DNA from: Vicugna vicugna
Taxonomy: Eukaryota
Direction: 5' to 3'
Assembly (NCBI GenBank): GCA_013265495.1
Contig: MU057651.1
Span: 2,644,948-2,708,947 of the forward strand
Length of the DNA: 64,000 nucleotides
The position numbers and the translations under genes are program-made. The notes beneath the pieces are model-generated. The model did no database searches. It saw only the letters and a program-made list of their open reading frames with translations, and was not told the origin of the DNA. Of this stretch, positions 1 through 13,090 are shown piece after piece. Numbering within the stretch: the stretch's first letter is position 1; every line of letters starts with the position of its first letter.

Positions 1-380
1 CGCACATGTTCCCATCACTGCCGGAGCCAGGATCGGCTCCGACCCTGATCCGGATCTGCACCCCGATTCCGGAGGCACTGTCCCTCCGTGGACTTGGGAG
101 CCCCAAGCGCGCAGCCCTCGGGCACCGCGGTGTCTCCCCGCCTCCTCCGGGCTCGGACCTCCCCGCACCCAGCGCGGCGGGATTACCACGCCAGGGCCTC
201 CGAGCGCGCTTAAGTAAGGGAAAGAGGATCTATTTCTGACCTGCGTACGCGGGATTGACTCTTCTAAATAGGGCAAGGGCCTGGTAATGCCTGTTATCTC
301 TACCCCGAGGAGCCGGCCCTGCAAGGAGGGCGGAGAGAAGCAGTGCCGGAGCGCACGTCCTCATCGGCCGGCAGCCCAGG
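1..380. promoter_or_regulatory. Edge of a CpG island (continues left of the window)
   Basis: Very high GC and CpG density over 1-250; TTATCT (GATA) at 294-299. Confidence 0.6.
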
Positions 381-1419
381 GTCACCCTGAGAGGCTTTTC
401 AAAAGTCAGATGAACTCAGATGGCACACAGATGCCCCGAAACCCGGCACTGACCTACCAGAGCCTACGTGACTCGCCTCGGGGATGGAGGTCAATTCAGG
501 TGGCCCCTCCCTGCACCTCTGGAACCACCCGCAATGATCTCAATAAATAAGAAAAGGACAAAACTGCGAAGAGTTCCTGGTGCAGGAGCAGGTCCCTGCC
601 TCCAAAAGGCAAGTCAAAACCCAGGCCCTTCTGGGCAACACGCAGAACTACAGAGTGGCCACTTCTGTGTGATGGTGCATCCCCAGGCAGGGCAAAATAT
701 ACCTCTGTTTCCGAACTTACCAGCTTCCAGAACATTCTGAACCCCGGAGTCCCAGGACTTTGGAGAACGTAGCATTCTGCCTGCAAAACTCCCCCAGGGA
801 GCAGGAAACGTATGTTTGTTGAAGCCCTACTGTGTGCCGGGCACTGTGCAATGTATTGACTGACACTTCCCTTTGATATTTACAATCCCTGAAAGAATTA
901 GCACTGTGGGCGGGGTCTGTGCTCTCCTGACACACGCCCCCCGGGCATTCGAGTCGCTGGAAACACATCACCCCTCTTTCCCCCTTCCTCCTTCCACGGT
1001 GGCATTCAGAGGGGTCCGAAGACCTGGAAGTGTGATTCCAGCTCTTCCACTAACACCCGCTGGACCCCGAACCAGGCACCTATCTGACTGTGAGGGGCGC
1101 CCATTTCCACACCTGTGTAGAAGGAAGTCTCTCCCTCTCCCCCTTGCAGGTTTGTCCTGAGGACCCAATGCAACCCACAGCCTTGCAGAGTAAGGAATTC
1201 ACCACCCCCGGGTCATGTTGTTCTGGTCCTTCCCAAACAGCAGCACAGCACCCTGTCCCAGCAGGGCTGGAGCTCCCTGGGAAAACACACACCTCGCCGT
1301 GATCCCATCCCAGCAACGGCAAGGATGTGGTACCAAAGGCCCACAGCAGCCGATTCAGGTTTCGGCGTTTTATAAAATGTTCTTCTGAACGTAATTTACT
1401 CAGTAACTGCTCACATCTT

Positions 1420-3410
1420 AGCAGCCTTTCTTCCAGCATAAGGATAGTTCTAAGAAGAAAGGAATGTAGAGAAATGAAGAATAAAAAGCTATAAGATACG
1501 CACAAGCCAAAAATGAGCAAAAATGTCAGACGTTCCTCGTTATCCGTTATCACTTTAAACGTAAATAGATTAAATCCTTCAATCAAAAGCAGATACTGGC
1601 AGAATGGAGGACACACACACACACACACACGCATGTGCACGAAACCCAACCATCGCTGTCTATAGAAGACTCCCTTGAGGTCCAAAGACACAATCAGGTT
1701 GAAAGGGAAAAGATGGGAAAAGATATTTCATGTTAAGATTAACAAAAGGGGACCTGAAGTCACTATAGCAACGTCAGCCAAAATATACTTTAAGTCACGA
1801 CTGTTACAAAAGACAAAGAAGGACATCAGATATTGAGAGAGACCCCCCCCCAAATATATGAAGTCAACGCTGACACGACTGAAGGGAGAAAGAGACAGAC
1901 ATACACGAGTTGGAGATTTTAACACCCCCCTGTCAGTAATGGGTGGAGCCACCAGGCAGAAGATGAGTGAGGAACAGAGGACCTGAACGCACCATAAACC
2001 AACTGGATGTCACAGATGTGACGTGCGTTGGACACTCCCCTCAACCACAGGAGGACAGTCTTCTTAATGGCATGCGGGACTTTCTCAAGGATGACAGGAC
2101 ACAAAAAAGGTTTTCCATATATGAACAAAACCTACGGCTATCATCATGCTCAACGGTGGGAGTCTCCCTTTAAGATCGGGAACAAGTCAACAACGCCCAC
2201 TTCCAACTCTTCTATTTAACACAGTATCGGAAGTTGTAGCCAAAGCAATCAGGCAAGAAAAAGAAATCAAAGGTATGCAAATTGGAAAGGAAGAACTAAA
2301 ATCACCTTTGTTTGCAGATGGCATAATCTTATATGCAGAAAATCTTAAAAATTACACACACACACACACACACAAGAAATTACCAGAGTTACTCAATGTA
2401 CCAAAGTTACAGGATATGTCAACATGCAAAAATCAGTTGTGTGTCGACACACTAACAATGGCCAATCTGAAAAGGAAACTGAGAAAACAAGTTCATTTAA
2501 AATAACACCAAGAATAATAAAATAATTAAGAATAAATTCAAACCAAGAGGCCAAGACTTGTACCCTGAAAATGACAAAATGTTCCCATATGAATATGAAT
2601 AAGACATAAATGAGAAGAGACATCTTGTGGTCACGTATCGGAAAACTTATTGTTAAGTCAAAATAATCTTCAGATTCAATGCCCTCCTATCAAAATCTCA
2701 CTGGCATCTTTACAGAAATAGAATTCGTATGGATTCCCAAGGGACCCCGAATAGCCCAAACCATCTTGAAAAAGAAGAATAAAGTTGGGAAAGTCACATT
2801 TCCTGATTTCAACACTCACTACAAAGCTACAAGTAGGCAAAACTGCAGCCTTGGCCTGAGAACAGACGCAGACTTAACAGAACAGCACCGAGAGCCCAGA
2901 AGTGAGCCCTCACGTACGTGGTGGGTTAAACTTTCAACAAGGATGCCAAACCATTCAATGGGGGGAAGAGACAGTCTTTTCAACAAATGACACAGGGGAA
3001 ACTGGACTTCCACACGCAACAGAATGACGTGAACGCTTACCTTACCCCAGCAACAAAAATTAGCTCAACGTGGATCAGTGATCTAAACACAGGAGCTGAA
3101 ACCAGCTCTTAGCACCCACAGGGGAGTATCTTCGTGACAGTGGATTGAGAAACGACTTCGTGCGGACGGCACCCGAAGAATGAAACAGATCCACTGAACT
3201 TTATCAAAATTTAAGACTTTCGTGTATCACAGGACAAGAGCGTGGAAAAGACCGGCCAGAGAAAGGGACCAAATAGTTACCAATCACGCAAATGCTAAGG
3301 GATTAATATTCAAAATATATAAAGATCTCCGGCAAATCAACAACAAAATGCAGATCAAGATCACAATGAGGTACCACCTGCTGCCTATGAGGATGGCTGT
3401 TATTTTAAAA
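1420..3410 (+). mobile_element. Old, internally deleted LINE-1 ORF2 remnant
   Basis: ORF2 start-like ATCACTTTAAACGTAAATAGATTAAA near 1549; ORF 2146-2505 [29 protein letters not shown] (RT motif); ORF 2679-2990 PRIAQTILKKKNKVG; MQIKITMRYHL near 3350. Confidence 0.93.
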
Positions 3411-3414
3411 AAAC

Positions 3415-3640
3415 AGGGATAAAAGAGATAAATGACAAGGTCCTACTATATGGCACTGGGAACTGTGTTCAATACCGTGTAACAGTCTATCATGAAAAAA
3501 AAATCTGAAAAGGAATATACGTATGTGTGTGAGTAACCGAATCTCTACTCTGTACTCCGGAAATCAACACGGCATTGTAAACCGACTATGCTTGAATTAA
3601 ATATAAGTAAATAAATAAAAATAAATTTTAAAAAAAATTT
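3415..3640 (+). mobile_element. Younger L1 3' UTR stub nested in the old L1
   Basis: ACAAGGTCCTACTATATGGCACTGGGAAC...ATTGTAAACCGACTATGCTT plus A-rich tail; host L1 resumes at about 3680-3770. Confidence 0.75.
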
Positions 3641-5589
3641 AAATGGGGGGAGGGAGGACGAGGAAGGAAGGAAAAATTGGAAAATACTGAACTAGTGAGG
3701 ATGTGGAGAAATTTAAACAGTTGCACACGGCTAATGGGAATGCAAAACAGTGCAGCCACTGTGTTAACTGTCTGGGGGCTGTGGCCCTGAATATTAGTCC
3801 CTGTGACATCGCTGAACCTTCGAGAAGCACCGAGTTGTGCACTAGCAGCACATGTCTAGGGAGATGTTTGATAAAAGATGACAAAGGAACAGAGTCCAAA
3901 GCCCCTCGCGCTCTGTCCATGCACGTGTTGGACATCTAGGGTGGGCAAGAACCCCCAAATTCCCCAGGGGTGGAGACTGCTTCCAGCAAACACCGCTGAG
4001 GGCGCAGGAGCAGAGATGCCAGCGGACTGAAGGTGGTGCTTGGAACCCAGGGTCACTTCTAACGGCACCTGAAGCCCCGCATCCTGGGGCATCACCACCA
4101 TGCCTGCCCCTGGTCACCGGTCCCTTCATCCTCACAGAGCCCAGACGGGGAGGGCGCCCACCTCCTCCTCCCTCAGCTGGCAGTGAGACAGCAGCCTCCA
4201 GGGACAACAGCTCCCTCGGAGTGGCGCTTCCAACAGGTCCTCTGTCAACACCCTGAGGGGGGACTCCGGCTGCCAGTGACAAATGTCAGTTGATCAAAGG
4301 GATGATCGGTGTGTGAACAGGTGATCCTGTTTTTCTGAAGACGGCGGCTCCTGTGTGCAGAGCAGTCAGTCCAGCCCCATCCAGAGGGCGAGCGCTCCCC
4401 GGCTTCAGCATCTCTGCCCCGGAGCCGTCCGACAGGCTCCCCCCAGGAAGGCGCAGGCTCGGGACAAAGATGCAGTGGGACGAGATGTGTGTATCCGAGG
4501 CTCTGACACCAGACTAGACATGTCAGCGAGGCTTCAGAGTCCACCAGGCCTTGGTCTTCTGTTTTCAGCAGAGAAAAAGGTCCAGTTCCCCCAGGAGCCC
4601 TGATCTCCCCATGTCCACAGCCAGCTCCCGCACCCTCTGCCCATCACTGGGCTAAGAGCGATTGGACCCATTTATCTGGGTACCGTTGTTACTTGTTACA
4701 TATTAAACAATTATGATTAGAAACGGTGACACACCACCATCCCACGGCCAACACCCACAGAGGCTGCGGGATCCTGGACTCCGGCTGGATGGCCCGAGAG
4801 CGGTCAGGGAGCCTGTCTCCAAGAACACGCGCATCTCAGAGCCCCTGGTCACCAAAAGCCACGGCGAGAACAGTGTAAAACTGATTGCCACAGCCCTTCC
4901 AGGTGGCCCAGGGCGGCCCTTCCGGGCCAGCGCGTGGATCAGAACCGAGCCATACTGTGAGCTGGACCCCGGCGCATCCTGGTGCCAGCCGGCCGCACGG
5001 GATCGCTGGGCGCCCGGCCACCAGGGCTCGGGCACCGGGGCGCAGGGCGCAGGGCGCAGTGCAGGAGACGGAGCCTGGTCCCCAGGCCTTGAACCTGAAA
5101 GAGGAGGGCCAAGCAGAGTGGGTCAGACACCACCTTGTCAGCCTGACCAGTCTGGTCGCTGCTGGGACGAGCACAGGGGCACGGGCCCGACAAGGCCCAA
5201 GGCCAACAATGGCCTACCCAGGGGTCCAGACGGTGGGATGGCCACGGCACCAGCTAAAAGCTAACCCTCTGCCCCTTGTCCCTCCCCCAGGACCATCGGG
5301 AGACACACACGATGGAACCATGAGCTTCTCTCAGTTGCTCGGGCCTGGGCACCAGCCTCCTGGCCCTCCCTCCCAGAACATCCAAATAAAACATGCGCGT
5401 AAGTTCGAGCCCGCCACTGGCTCGGCTCTGGGCAGGCCAGAACCAAACATGGAAAAAAAGGAATAAGGCAAAAATTGGAGAGAAGAAACCATGTAAGGAA
5501 CAAGGGGGGAAAAATTTAACTAATATGGATACATTATATATACACGATTTTTAAAAATAATATTATCTATGAAACAAGAATATTATGAC

Positions 5590-5780
5590 AGTAAAATAAG
5601 AGTAATAATTTGGGGGTAGTGATGGCGTGCTGTAGGTTCCTCGATTGTAACAAATGTCCCATTTTGGGGGAGATGTTGGGGGCGGTGGTAGATAGGAAAT
5701 CTCTGTATGTTCTGCTGAATTTTGCAGTAAATCAAAAATGCTCCAAAAAATAAAGTCTACTTACATAATAACCAAAAAAG
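5590..5780 (+). mobile_element. Old L1M 3' end fragment
   Basis: TGTAACAAATGTCCC...GGAAATCTCTGTATGTTCTGCTGAATTTTGC...AAATAAAGTC. Confidence 0.6.
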
Positions 5781-5965
5781 ACACATAGAGGTCCTTAGAA
5801 AATAAAATCAAAAAACGGAAGTTTAAAGTCCAATAGAAAGGTTGAAACGTCATATTGATGCACTCACTCCACCACCTAGAGGAACTCAGCCGATTCAGAT
5901 GGGAGCTAAAAAAAGTAATGGGAGAACCAGCCCAGGCAGCTAACTGCCAAATAAAAGCTATTCTG

Positions 5966-6079
5966 TGGGTGGGAGGAGGTAATTAGGTTTATTTACTTTT
6001 TAGGGGAGGGACTGGGGATTGAACCCAGGACCTCGTGCATGCTAAGCATGCGCTCCACCACTTGCGCTACACCCTCCCC
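5966..6079 (-). mobile_element. vic-1-type camelid tRNA-Ala SINE
   Basis: Reverse complement has A/B boxes and the CCTAATTACCTCC tail; 16-bp TSD AATAAAAGCT(A/G)TTCTG at 5950-5965 and 6080-6095. Confidence 0.92.
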
Positions 6080-9000
6080 AATAAAAGCTGTTCTGGAAAG
6101 AAAGAGGAGGAAGGTGGAAAAAAAAAAAGAAAAAAAGAAATTGGGGAACTAATTCAAAAACATTTACCAGCCCCAAGGATCTGAGTTTCCAGCTTGAAGG
6201 TGCCCTTGACGTAACCCACACTGTTGATGTAGAACCACAAGGCGCACCTTCAAGGGATTTCTGAATAAAGACGCAAAGAGAAAATCCTGCAAGCTTCCGG
6301 ACATGGAAAAACAAAAACAAAGGGAAAAAAAAAAGTGAAACGTGGAGAGAACCGTTAACAATGTCTTTATACCTGCACAGTCCCCCCAAAATGTGCAGGC
6401 ACGTCTTCTGGGGGGGAAGCGAGCGTGAAACGTTCTCCATCAAACTGTGGGAAGCAGCCAGGAAAGAGGAGTCGTGGAACCGAAGAGAAAAACTGAGGGC
6501 AACCCCAGGATGGTGGAGAAGGAAGCGGAGGCAGGGAGGCTGCCGAAAGGCACAGAGTCACTGCTTCCAGAAAGATAAGGCTGGCTGGACACCGGGGGCG
6601 TCTGCGAGAATATTTGCACACCTGTGGCGGTTTCCGGCGGGGGTGGGGGAGGGAGAGGCGGGTAAACTCCAAAGCGAACGCAAACACAACTGCAGAAGGA
6701 AACAAGATGCCCCACGAGGCAGAGGAAGTCATCAATCGCAGGACAGACAGTGCGCGGCTCGACCCTGAGCGCCAGCGCCAGGCGGTGCGCGCGGGTCCAG
6801 CCCCGGCGTCACCATGGAGACGGGGAGGCGGAGACAGGTGCGGGATGCGGATGGGACAGCGGTCCAGCGCCTGGCCGGCCACGCAGGGAGGGCACAGGAT
6901 CCTGTGTGACGCTGCGGCCTGCGGGGATGGAGGGGAGGCAGGCAGGGGCGAGGAACCGTAATACATTAGGCGGATGCCTGCTTACAGATGCAGCGGGAAA
7001 CACAGAAGAGGTCGGCTGCGGACTGTTGTGGCATCGACTCTTCCAACTGTGTCCAGCTCTAAAAACCAAGTTTCAAAGTCTGCCCTGGTGTTGAGGGGTT
7101 AAAAAGCCCACTCGAAGGGACAGAGCTTGGTCAGGCCAGGCCGGGAGAGCACAGCCAGGGGACGGCAGGACACGGTGGGGGCTGCCGGCGTCCCACGCTG
7201 TGACACGGTGACACCGCTCCCAGGGTGGGGAGACGGGCCAGGCGGGCCTGTGGTTAAGCGGTGACCCAGCTGAGCAAGGGACCCGTCCGGACTCACCCCT
7301 CCCCACCAGGGAGATGTCGCAGACATCATCAACATTCCAGAAAAAGCAACCTGGAGGCCCCCGGGGAACCCCCACACACCCCGTGCAGGACACCTGGAGG
7401 GCCGTGGACAGGCCTCAGCTCCACCGCCCGGCCCACGGGAAGATCTCCAAGCCGGGTCCCAGATTTGGAGCAAGGCGCCGTCCTTAGGCCAGGGGCGACC
7501 TCCTGCCTGCACGATGCTTCTGCACAGACGTCCGAATTTAAGAAAACGTCCCCTCAGATCAGAGTGGCTTTTTGGTCGTTACGAGTTTCTTGGAGCAGGG
7601 AATCCTAAAATTATCACTGCCATTACACACAGGGTATGAGAAAAGCTTTTATATTACAGGCAGTTCTCAACTCATCTAAGGCTGGAAGCAGACACTCCCA
7701 AGGGATGCAAGTTTAAAAAAAGTATTAAATAAGTAAGTGCACCAAAGAGGAGTGAGTATGTGCCACGTGGATTTCAAGAAGCATCTCAAGTGTGATCCAG
7801 GCAGCTGGAGGTTCCTTCGTGTTGGCACCCATGTGACAGGATGAGACAGAAGGTCCCCAGGGGGTCACCATTTCCCCCTCACGGTTCTCTCTTGCAGAGG
7901 GCCCCCCGGGAGACACCGGATGGCTCGCAGGCAGGGCCAGACAGACGGGCCCCCTGGGCAGTCCCCCGTGCAGTGAAACACCACCTTAGGACCCCAGCTG
8001 CCAACCCTGCTTTCAGTCGTGGTGACAATGACACAGTGAAAAGGGCCAAAACACAGCAACGACTTTCCACGCCAAGTGCACAATGAGCCGATGTCCCCAG
8101 GCGGGATTCCCAGTGCTGGTCCCCAGGCCTGCTGTCCTGGCTCAAAAACACAGCCAGGACTCGAGGGGATTCTGCCCACGGGCACAGCCCTCGGAAGGCG
8201 TGCGACAGCCACTCCCCAGGGGCCCAGCCAGCCCGTCAGGACCAGCCGTCCACACTCACAGAGGTCCCAGCTGGGACAAGTGTCTCTGCAGACTCGAGAC
8301 ACCAACCAACCCGGGGATCCTGAAGACAGATGCCCCCTGGTCCCGCATGCCTGCACCCGGAGGTCTCTCTGCACCCACCTCTGCCCTTAGCATCCTACCC
8401 GCGGGGAGTTCAAACTGCTGCTCATAGGCCAGAAAAGGGTCCTTACTCGAAGGGACTGGTGCTCAAAACAGGTTACGGTCAATTCAACAGGGTTTTGTCC
8501 AGGAGAGAGCACTGGGAGACAGAAATGCAATACGCAGAGCCTCCTTTGCGGTGAACTGAAGGACCCTGCAAATTAAGAGCAAGGGGCATTGCCAAGCTCT
8601 GACATGTGCCCAGGTTTACGCACCCCGGACAGCACCCTACCTTCCCCACTGCCCTCCGAGGTGAGCAACCCTGTGACTCTCACTTTACTGATGACCTTAG
8701 TCCACCTGCCCACCTGCCTAGTAAAAGGAAGAACCAGGAGTCCAACTGAGGTCTCGTGGGGTCACCAGGATTGGTCCCCATCCTGGGGGAAGCCAAAGGG
8801 GGCAAGATGGCAGCACTCACGCCCCCAGGAGATGCTCCGACGCACAGTCCCCCGTGGCCGGTCAAGCCCAAATAAGGTCCTCAAAGTAAGGGTCTGAACA
8901 ATCGAGGAAAACCCTCCCCCAATTCCATATGCAACTTCAGTGGCTGAAAAATAACATTCCAGTGTCCCAGCGGCATCCAGTCATGAGCAAAGCAGCACTT

Positions 9001-10429
9001 GGGCGAGCCAGGCGTGGCTCACCCCATGCCCATCCCTTCCACCGCATGAACCAAAAGGGATCTCTCCTTGGAGCTGGTGTGTCCCCAAAGCAGAAAGTCG
9101 CAAGCGCTCATTTCTTCCTCTGAGATGACTTTTGTCCTCAGAGACATGGCTTTTTTTTTTTTGTTGCCACCTCTCAAAGCGGTCACACCACTTTTCCTTA
9201 CGCTATTAAAGGAAAGCTGTTGGTCCTCCCACGACTCAGCAAGGGAAGTCGGCGATAGAGTGGTCCCCGCTGATCGGAGAAGGTTAGGGAGACAGACACA
9301 GCCCCCCAGAAGCATGTGCCTAAAAATGCTCAGAAGGATGCCGGCCAGGGCTTGAATGGACCCGATCAGTTACACACCCATCAGCACAGAGACCCCGCGA
9401 AAGGTTCCCAGATTCCCACAGCCTTGCCTTCCAAGTGGCCTGTCTGTCCTAACATCTTCCATAATCCCCCATCCTTGAGCAAAAAGATAAATTAAGACAG
9501 GGGAAATCCCTTCTCCACTGGCAGAGTTTTATTTAAATTTTGAACGGATGGCTGATTGTTTACAGGAAAGACAAAACAGCCACGTCTTCCTTATGAGCCC
9601 CATGCGATTCCACCTTGGTTTAAGAGACTGAGAAACAGACCCAGAGATCGTGCCCCAAACTGCAAAGGCATAGTTGCTTCCCATGACACAGGACAGAAAC
9701 ACTCTCCGCATCCAGTCTCAGAGTCCCGGCAGGCGGGCCAGCCAACTGAGCCAGCAGCTCACGTAACAACATCCTACCAGTGTGCCCGTTTCTCTCCCCC
9801 TGCAGTAAAGACTTGGACAGCACTCCAGGCAAGTTAAGTTCCTTAAATTATGCCACCTTTAGATCACTAGGTTTGATCAACTATGCCAACCTAGGATTGC
9901 CAAAGCTCTGGGAGGAAATTAATGCCCAACAGACGTCTCTGCTCAAGGAGCAGACTGGTGTCTGCAGGTTAGACCTGGTCCCCGTCCAGTGCTGTCCCCG
10001 AAGCAATGCAGACAACAGGCAACAAGCCAGAGATGACTTTCGGGACACACAGTTTTATTAAAACCCTGTTTTAATCACAGGAAACCTGGTTACCGTATCA
10101 GACTCATGACTGCGTGAGTATTTTCTCCCAAAATAAGTATGTATTCAGGTACAACAAGTGAGTGGACGAAGGACAGCACTGATGATGGCCTGGTGACATG
10201 GCAGGCATCTGGAAGACGGGGAGCCTCAGAAATGGGAACAGAGCTTCCTGCTTCTGCAGGTGGCTGACTGGCAGCGGAGAGCTGTTAGGACCATGTCTCT
10301 GTCCGAGGCAGGTGTTCTGGGACAGAAGCACGAACCACACAGGACGTAAAAAAAAAAAAAAAAAACCTAAAGCTTAGGCTCTGGTGATACTGTTGTTGGC
10401 TGGCCATGAGACCCCAGGCACGGCTGTTA

Positions 10430-10495
10430 AGCCCCGGGCCTCAGTTTCCATACCTGTAAAATGGGGTCAGTGGGCTGTAGAGGATTAAAAGCAAC
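10430..10495 (+). mobile_element. MIR core fragment
   Basis: GGCCTCAGTTTCCATACCTGTAAAATGGGG...GAGGATTAAA. Confidence 0.7.
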
Positions 10496-11049
10496 TTTGA
10501 GGCTTTGAACACGTCCCCTAAACGGTGACATGCTACAGAAGCCTCGGTCGCCACACTTCTCGGGCACGCAGGCAGCTTGCTGGGTTTGTGACTCTGTCCT
10601 CAGGTTCCCTCCCTGTAATGTGGGGATTGGCCCCCGCGGCCCTTTCCTGCCAAGCGCTCCCAGTAACACGCAGATATTGTGTGCACGCCTCCCAGGGTTC
10701 TGGTCTTGAACAGAAAAGCCTCGTCATCTCGAATCATTCCTGGAAACACTTTGTTTTCAGAGCCCTTCCCTAATAAAGTGCTACCCTAGCAGACACTTCA
10801 GCGTCGCCAAGAGCTGGAATTTCTTTTGCCAGAGAAACCTAGAAGCCACCTGTTTTTGCCTCCTGGAAAGAACGCGAAAAATGGGGGGTGGGGGCGTGGG
10901 ACTCGAGGTCACCTCTCGCGGAAAATTCGCAGCTCAGTGCTGTAAACCCCAGTCAACGCCTGCTGCTGTGCTAACAACATGTGTTCTTAGTAAAACCGAG
11001 CCAAACGCTAAATTGAGCCCCGTTTCTGGAACCCGGGACCTCCAAACGG

Positions 11050-12700
11050 CTGAATCAGCATTTTCGGAAACAAAGTGTTCTGGGCAGGGCCTGGTAAACA
11101 GCGGCGGAGAGAAAGTTGTGCAATAAGGCGTATTTACTCACGAGCGCTACTTCTCTGGGTCTCTGCCGTTGCATCCCCTTGAATGAAGCCGGGTGCAACC
11201 GTTTGCAAAAAAAAAAAAAAAAAAAAAAAAGCTCGCTGGCGAACGCAGCGCAAAAGATCCAGGCCCGGGCAGGGTCACCTGTGGCTCCCCTTCGGGGACC
11301 CAGGGACCCAGGGCTTCGCCAAAGCCAACGCCAAAAAGTTGGCCTTCCTTGCAGTCCCGAGAGAAGAGGAACACAATGAAAAGTGAATACCCTCCTCTCC
11401 GCACCGCCCGGCGCACACGCTCCAGGGCCGCGGCCAGGCAGGCGTTCCGAGCGGCGCTCGGCAAGGCGGGGAGTTGCATCAGAACTGCCTCCTGCGAACC
11501 GCGCGGCTCTTATCGCATTTCCACGGCTGGCGGCCGGCTGACCCGGGACCGGGGCGGCGGGGGGGGGGGNNNNNNNNNNNNNNNNNNNNNNNNNNNNNNN
11601 NNNNNNNNNNNNNNNNNNNNNNNNNNNNNNNNNNNNNNNNNNNNNNNNNNNNNNNNNNNNNNNNNNNNNNNNNNNNNNNNNNNNNNNNNNNNNNNNNNNN
11701 NNNNNNNNNNNNNNNNNNNNNNNNNNNNNNNNNNNNNNNNNNNNNNNNNNNNNNNNNNNNNNNNNNNNNNNNNNNNNNNNNNNNNNNNNNNNNNNNNNNN
11801 NNNNNNNNNNNNNNNNNNNNNNNNNNNNNNNNNNNNNNNNNNNNNNNNNNNNNNNNNNNNNNNNNNNNNNNNNNNNNNNNNNNNNNNNNNNNNNNNNNNN
11901 NNNNNNNNNNNNNNNNNNNNNNNNNNNNNNNNNNNNNNNNNNNNNNNNNNNNNNNNNNNNNNNNNNNNNNNNNNNNNNNNNNNNNNNNNNNNNNNNNNNN
12001 NNNNNNNNNNNNNNNNNNNNNNNNNNNNNNNNNNNNNNNNNNNNNNNNNNNNNNNNNNNNNNNNNNNNNNNNNNNNNNNNNNNNNNNNNNNNNNNNNNNN
12101 NNNNNNNNNNNNNNNNNNNNNNNNNNNNNNNNNNNNNNNNNNNNNNNNNNNNNNNNNNNNNNNNNNNNNNNNNNNNNNNNNNNNNNNNNNNNNNNNNNNN
12201 NNNNNNNNNNNNNNNNNNNNNNNNNNNNNNNNNNNNNNNNNNNNNNNNNNNNNNNNNNNNNNNNNNNNNNNNNNNNNNNNNNNNNNNNGGGGCCGGAGTC
12301 CCCGGAGGCCGCCGCCCGGGACCGGCAGGCGGGCGGGGGCGCGCGGACCCCCGGTCCCGCCCCGCCCCGGGCGCGGACTCGGGCTCCCGCCCCCCCGAGA
12401 CCCCGCGGACCTCTCCCGAAGGGCGATCTGCGAGCGAATTCTTGGAAACTCCAGCAGGAGCCGCGCCGCCAGATCCTTTATCCCGGGCGCAGCGGCAGGA
12501 CGGCACCGGGAGAGGGGAACCCGGGCGCGCGGCGGCCGCAGCCCGCCAGGTCTGGATCCTCGCCTCTCCCAGCCTCAGTTTCCCCGCCTGCCTTGAGCCC
12601 CGGCGTGGGCGTGCGGGTGGCGTGGGGAGGTCCTGCAGCTCTTCTTAACAGCGCCAAGCCTCGAGCCCTTATCTCTGAAATGGGCTGATAAGCCGCCTCA
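11050..12700. promoter_or_regulatory. CpG island interrupted by an assembly gap
   Basis: Very GC/CpG-rich on both sides of the gap; GC box CCCGCCCCGCCCC near 12356; A24 tract at 11207-11230. Confidence 0.85.
11570..12288. other. Assembly gap (719 N)
   Basis: Run of N flanked by a G-run and GC-rich sequence. Confidence 1.
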
Positions 12701-12839
12701 GCCTGGGGGTTAAATAAGGTGTAACTTCTTGTGCCCTAAAGCGAAAGGCAGGAAGGAACCCTGCATGAATGGAAACTTTTCGTGAACACGATGATGAATG
12801 TCTCTATCGAATCAGAATTATAATACAAACAGGGTAATA

Positions 12840-13090
12840 ACAATAATTATGCTTTTTTCCCCTGGGTTTTGATGTTATAAAAACAGCTGTGATAAGGTAC
12901 CTTTGCTGAGCACGTGCGCTGTGCCAGTCATTAATCCTCTAATTTCACAGCCCCCTGCCCCCTCCCGGGCCCCCTGAGGTTGTCACTAGGAGAGGCCCAC
13001 CGCGCACACTAGGAAACCGAATCTCCCCGAGGCTGAATACCTTGCCAGAGGTCAAGGAGCTGGTAAGCGCAGAATAAGGATTATGCCAAA
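12840..13090 (-). mobile_element. Degenerate MIR
   Basis: TGAGCACGTGCGCTGTGCC...AATCCTC...GAGGCTGAATACCTTGCCAGAGGTCAAGGAGCTGGTAAG. Confidence 0.55.

Noticed and set aside
4703..8554. Many overlapping 100-200-aa ORFs
   Set aside because: Pro/Gly/Arg/Ala-rich in all frames with no recognisable domain; expected from stop-codon scarcity in GC-rich DNA
10052..10064. Palindrome GTTTTATTAAAAC giving overlapping polyA signals on both strands
   Set aside because: No terminal exon evident, and short AT palindromes are common by chance
11055..12688. Long ORFs of 404-483 aa
   Set aside because: They run through the N gap; the flanking translations are low-complexity GC-rich read-through
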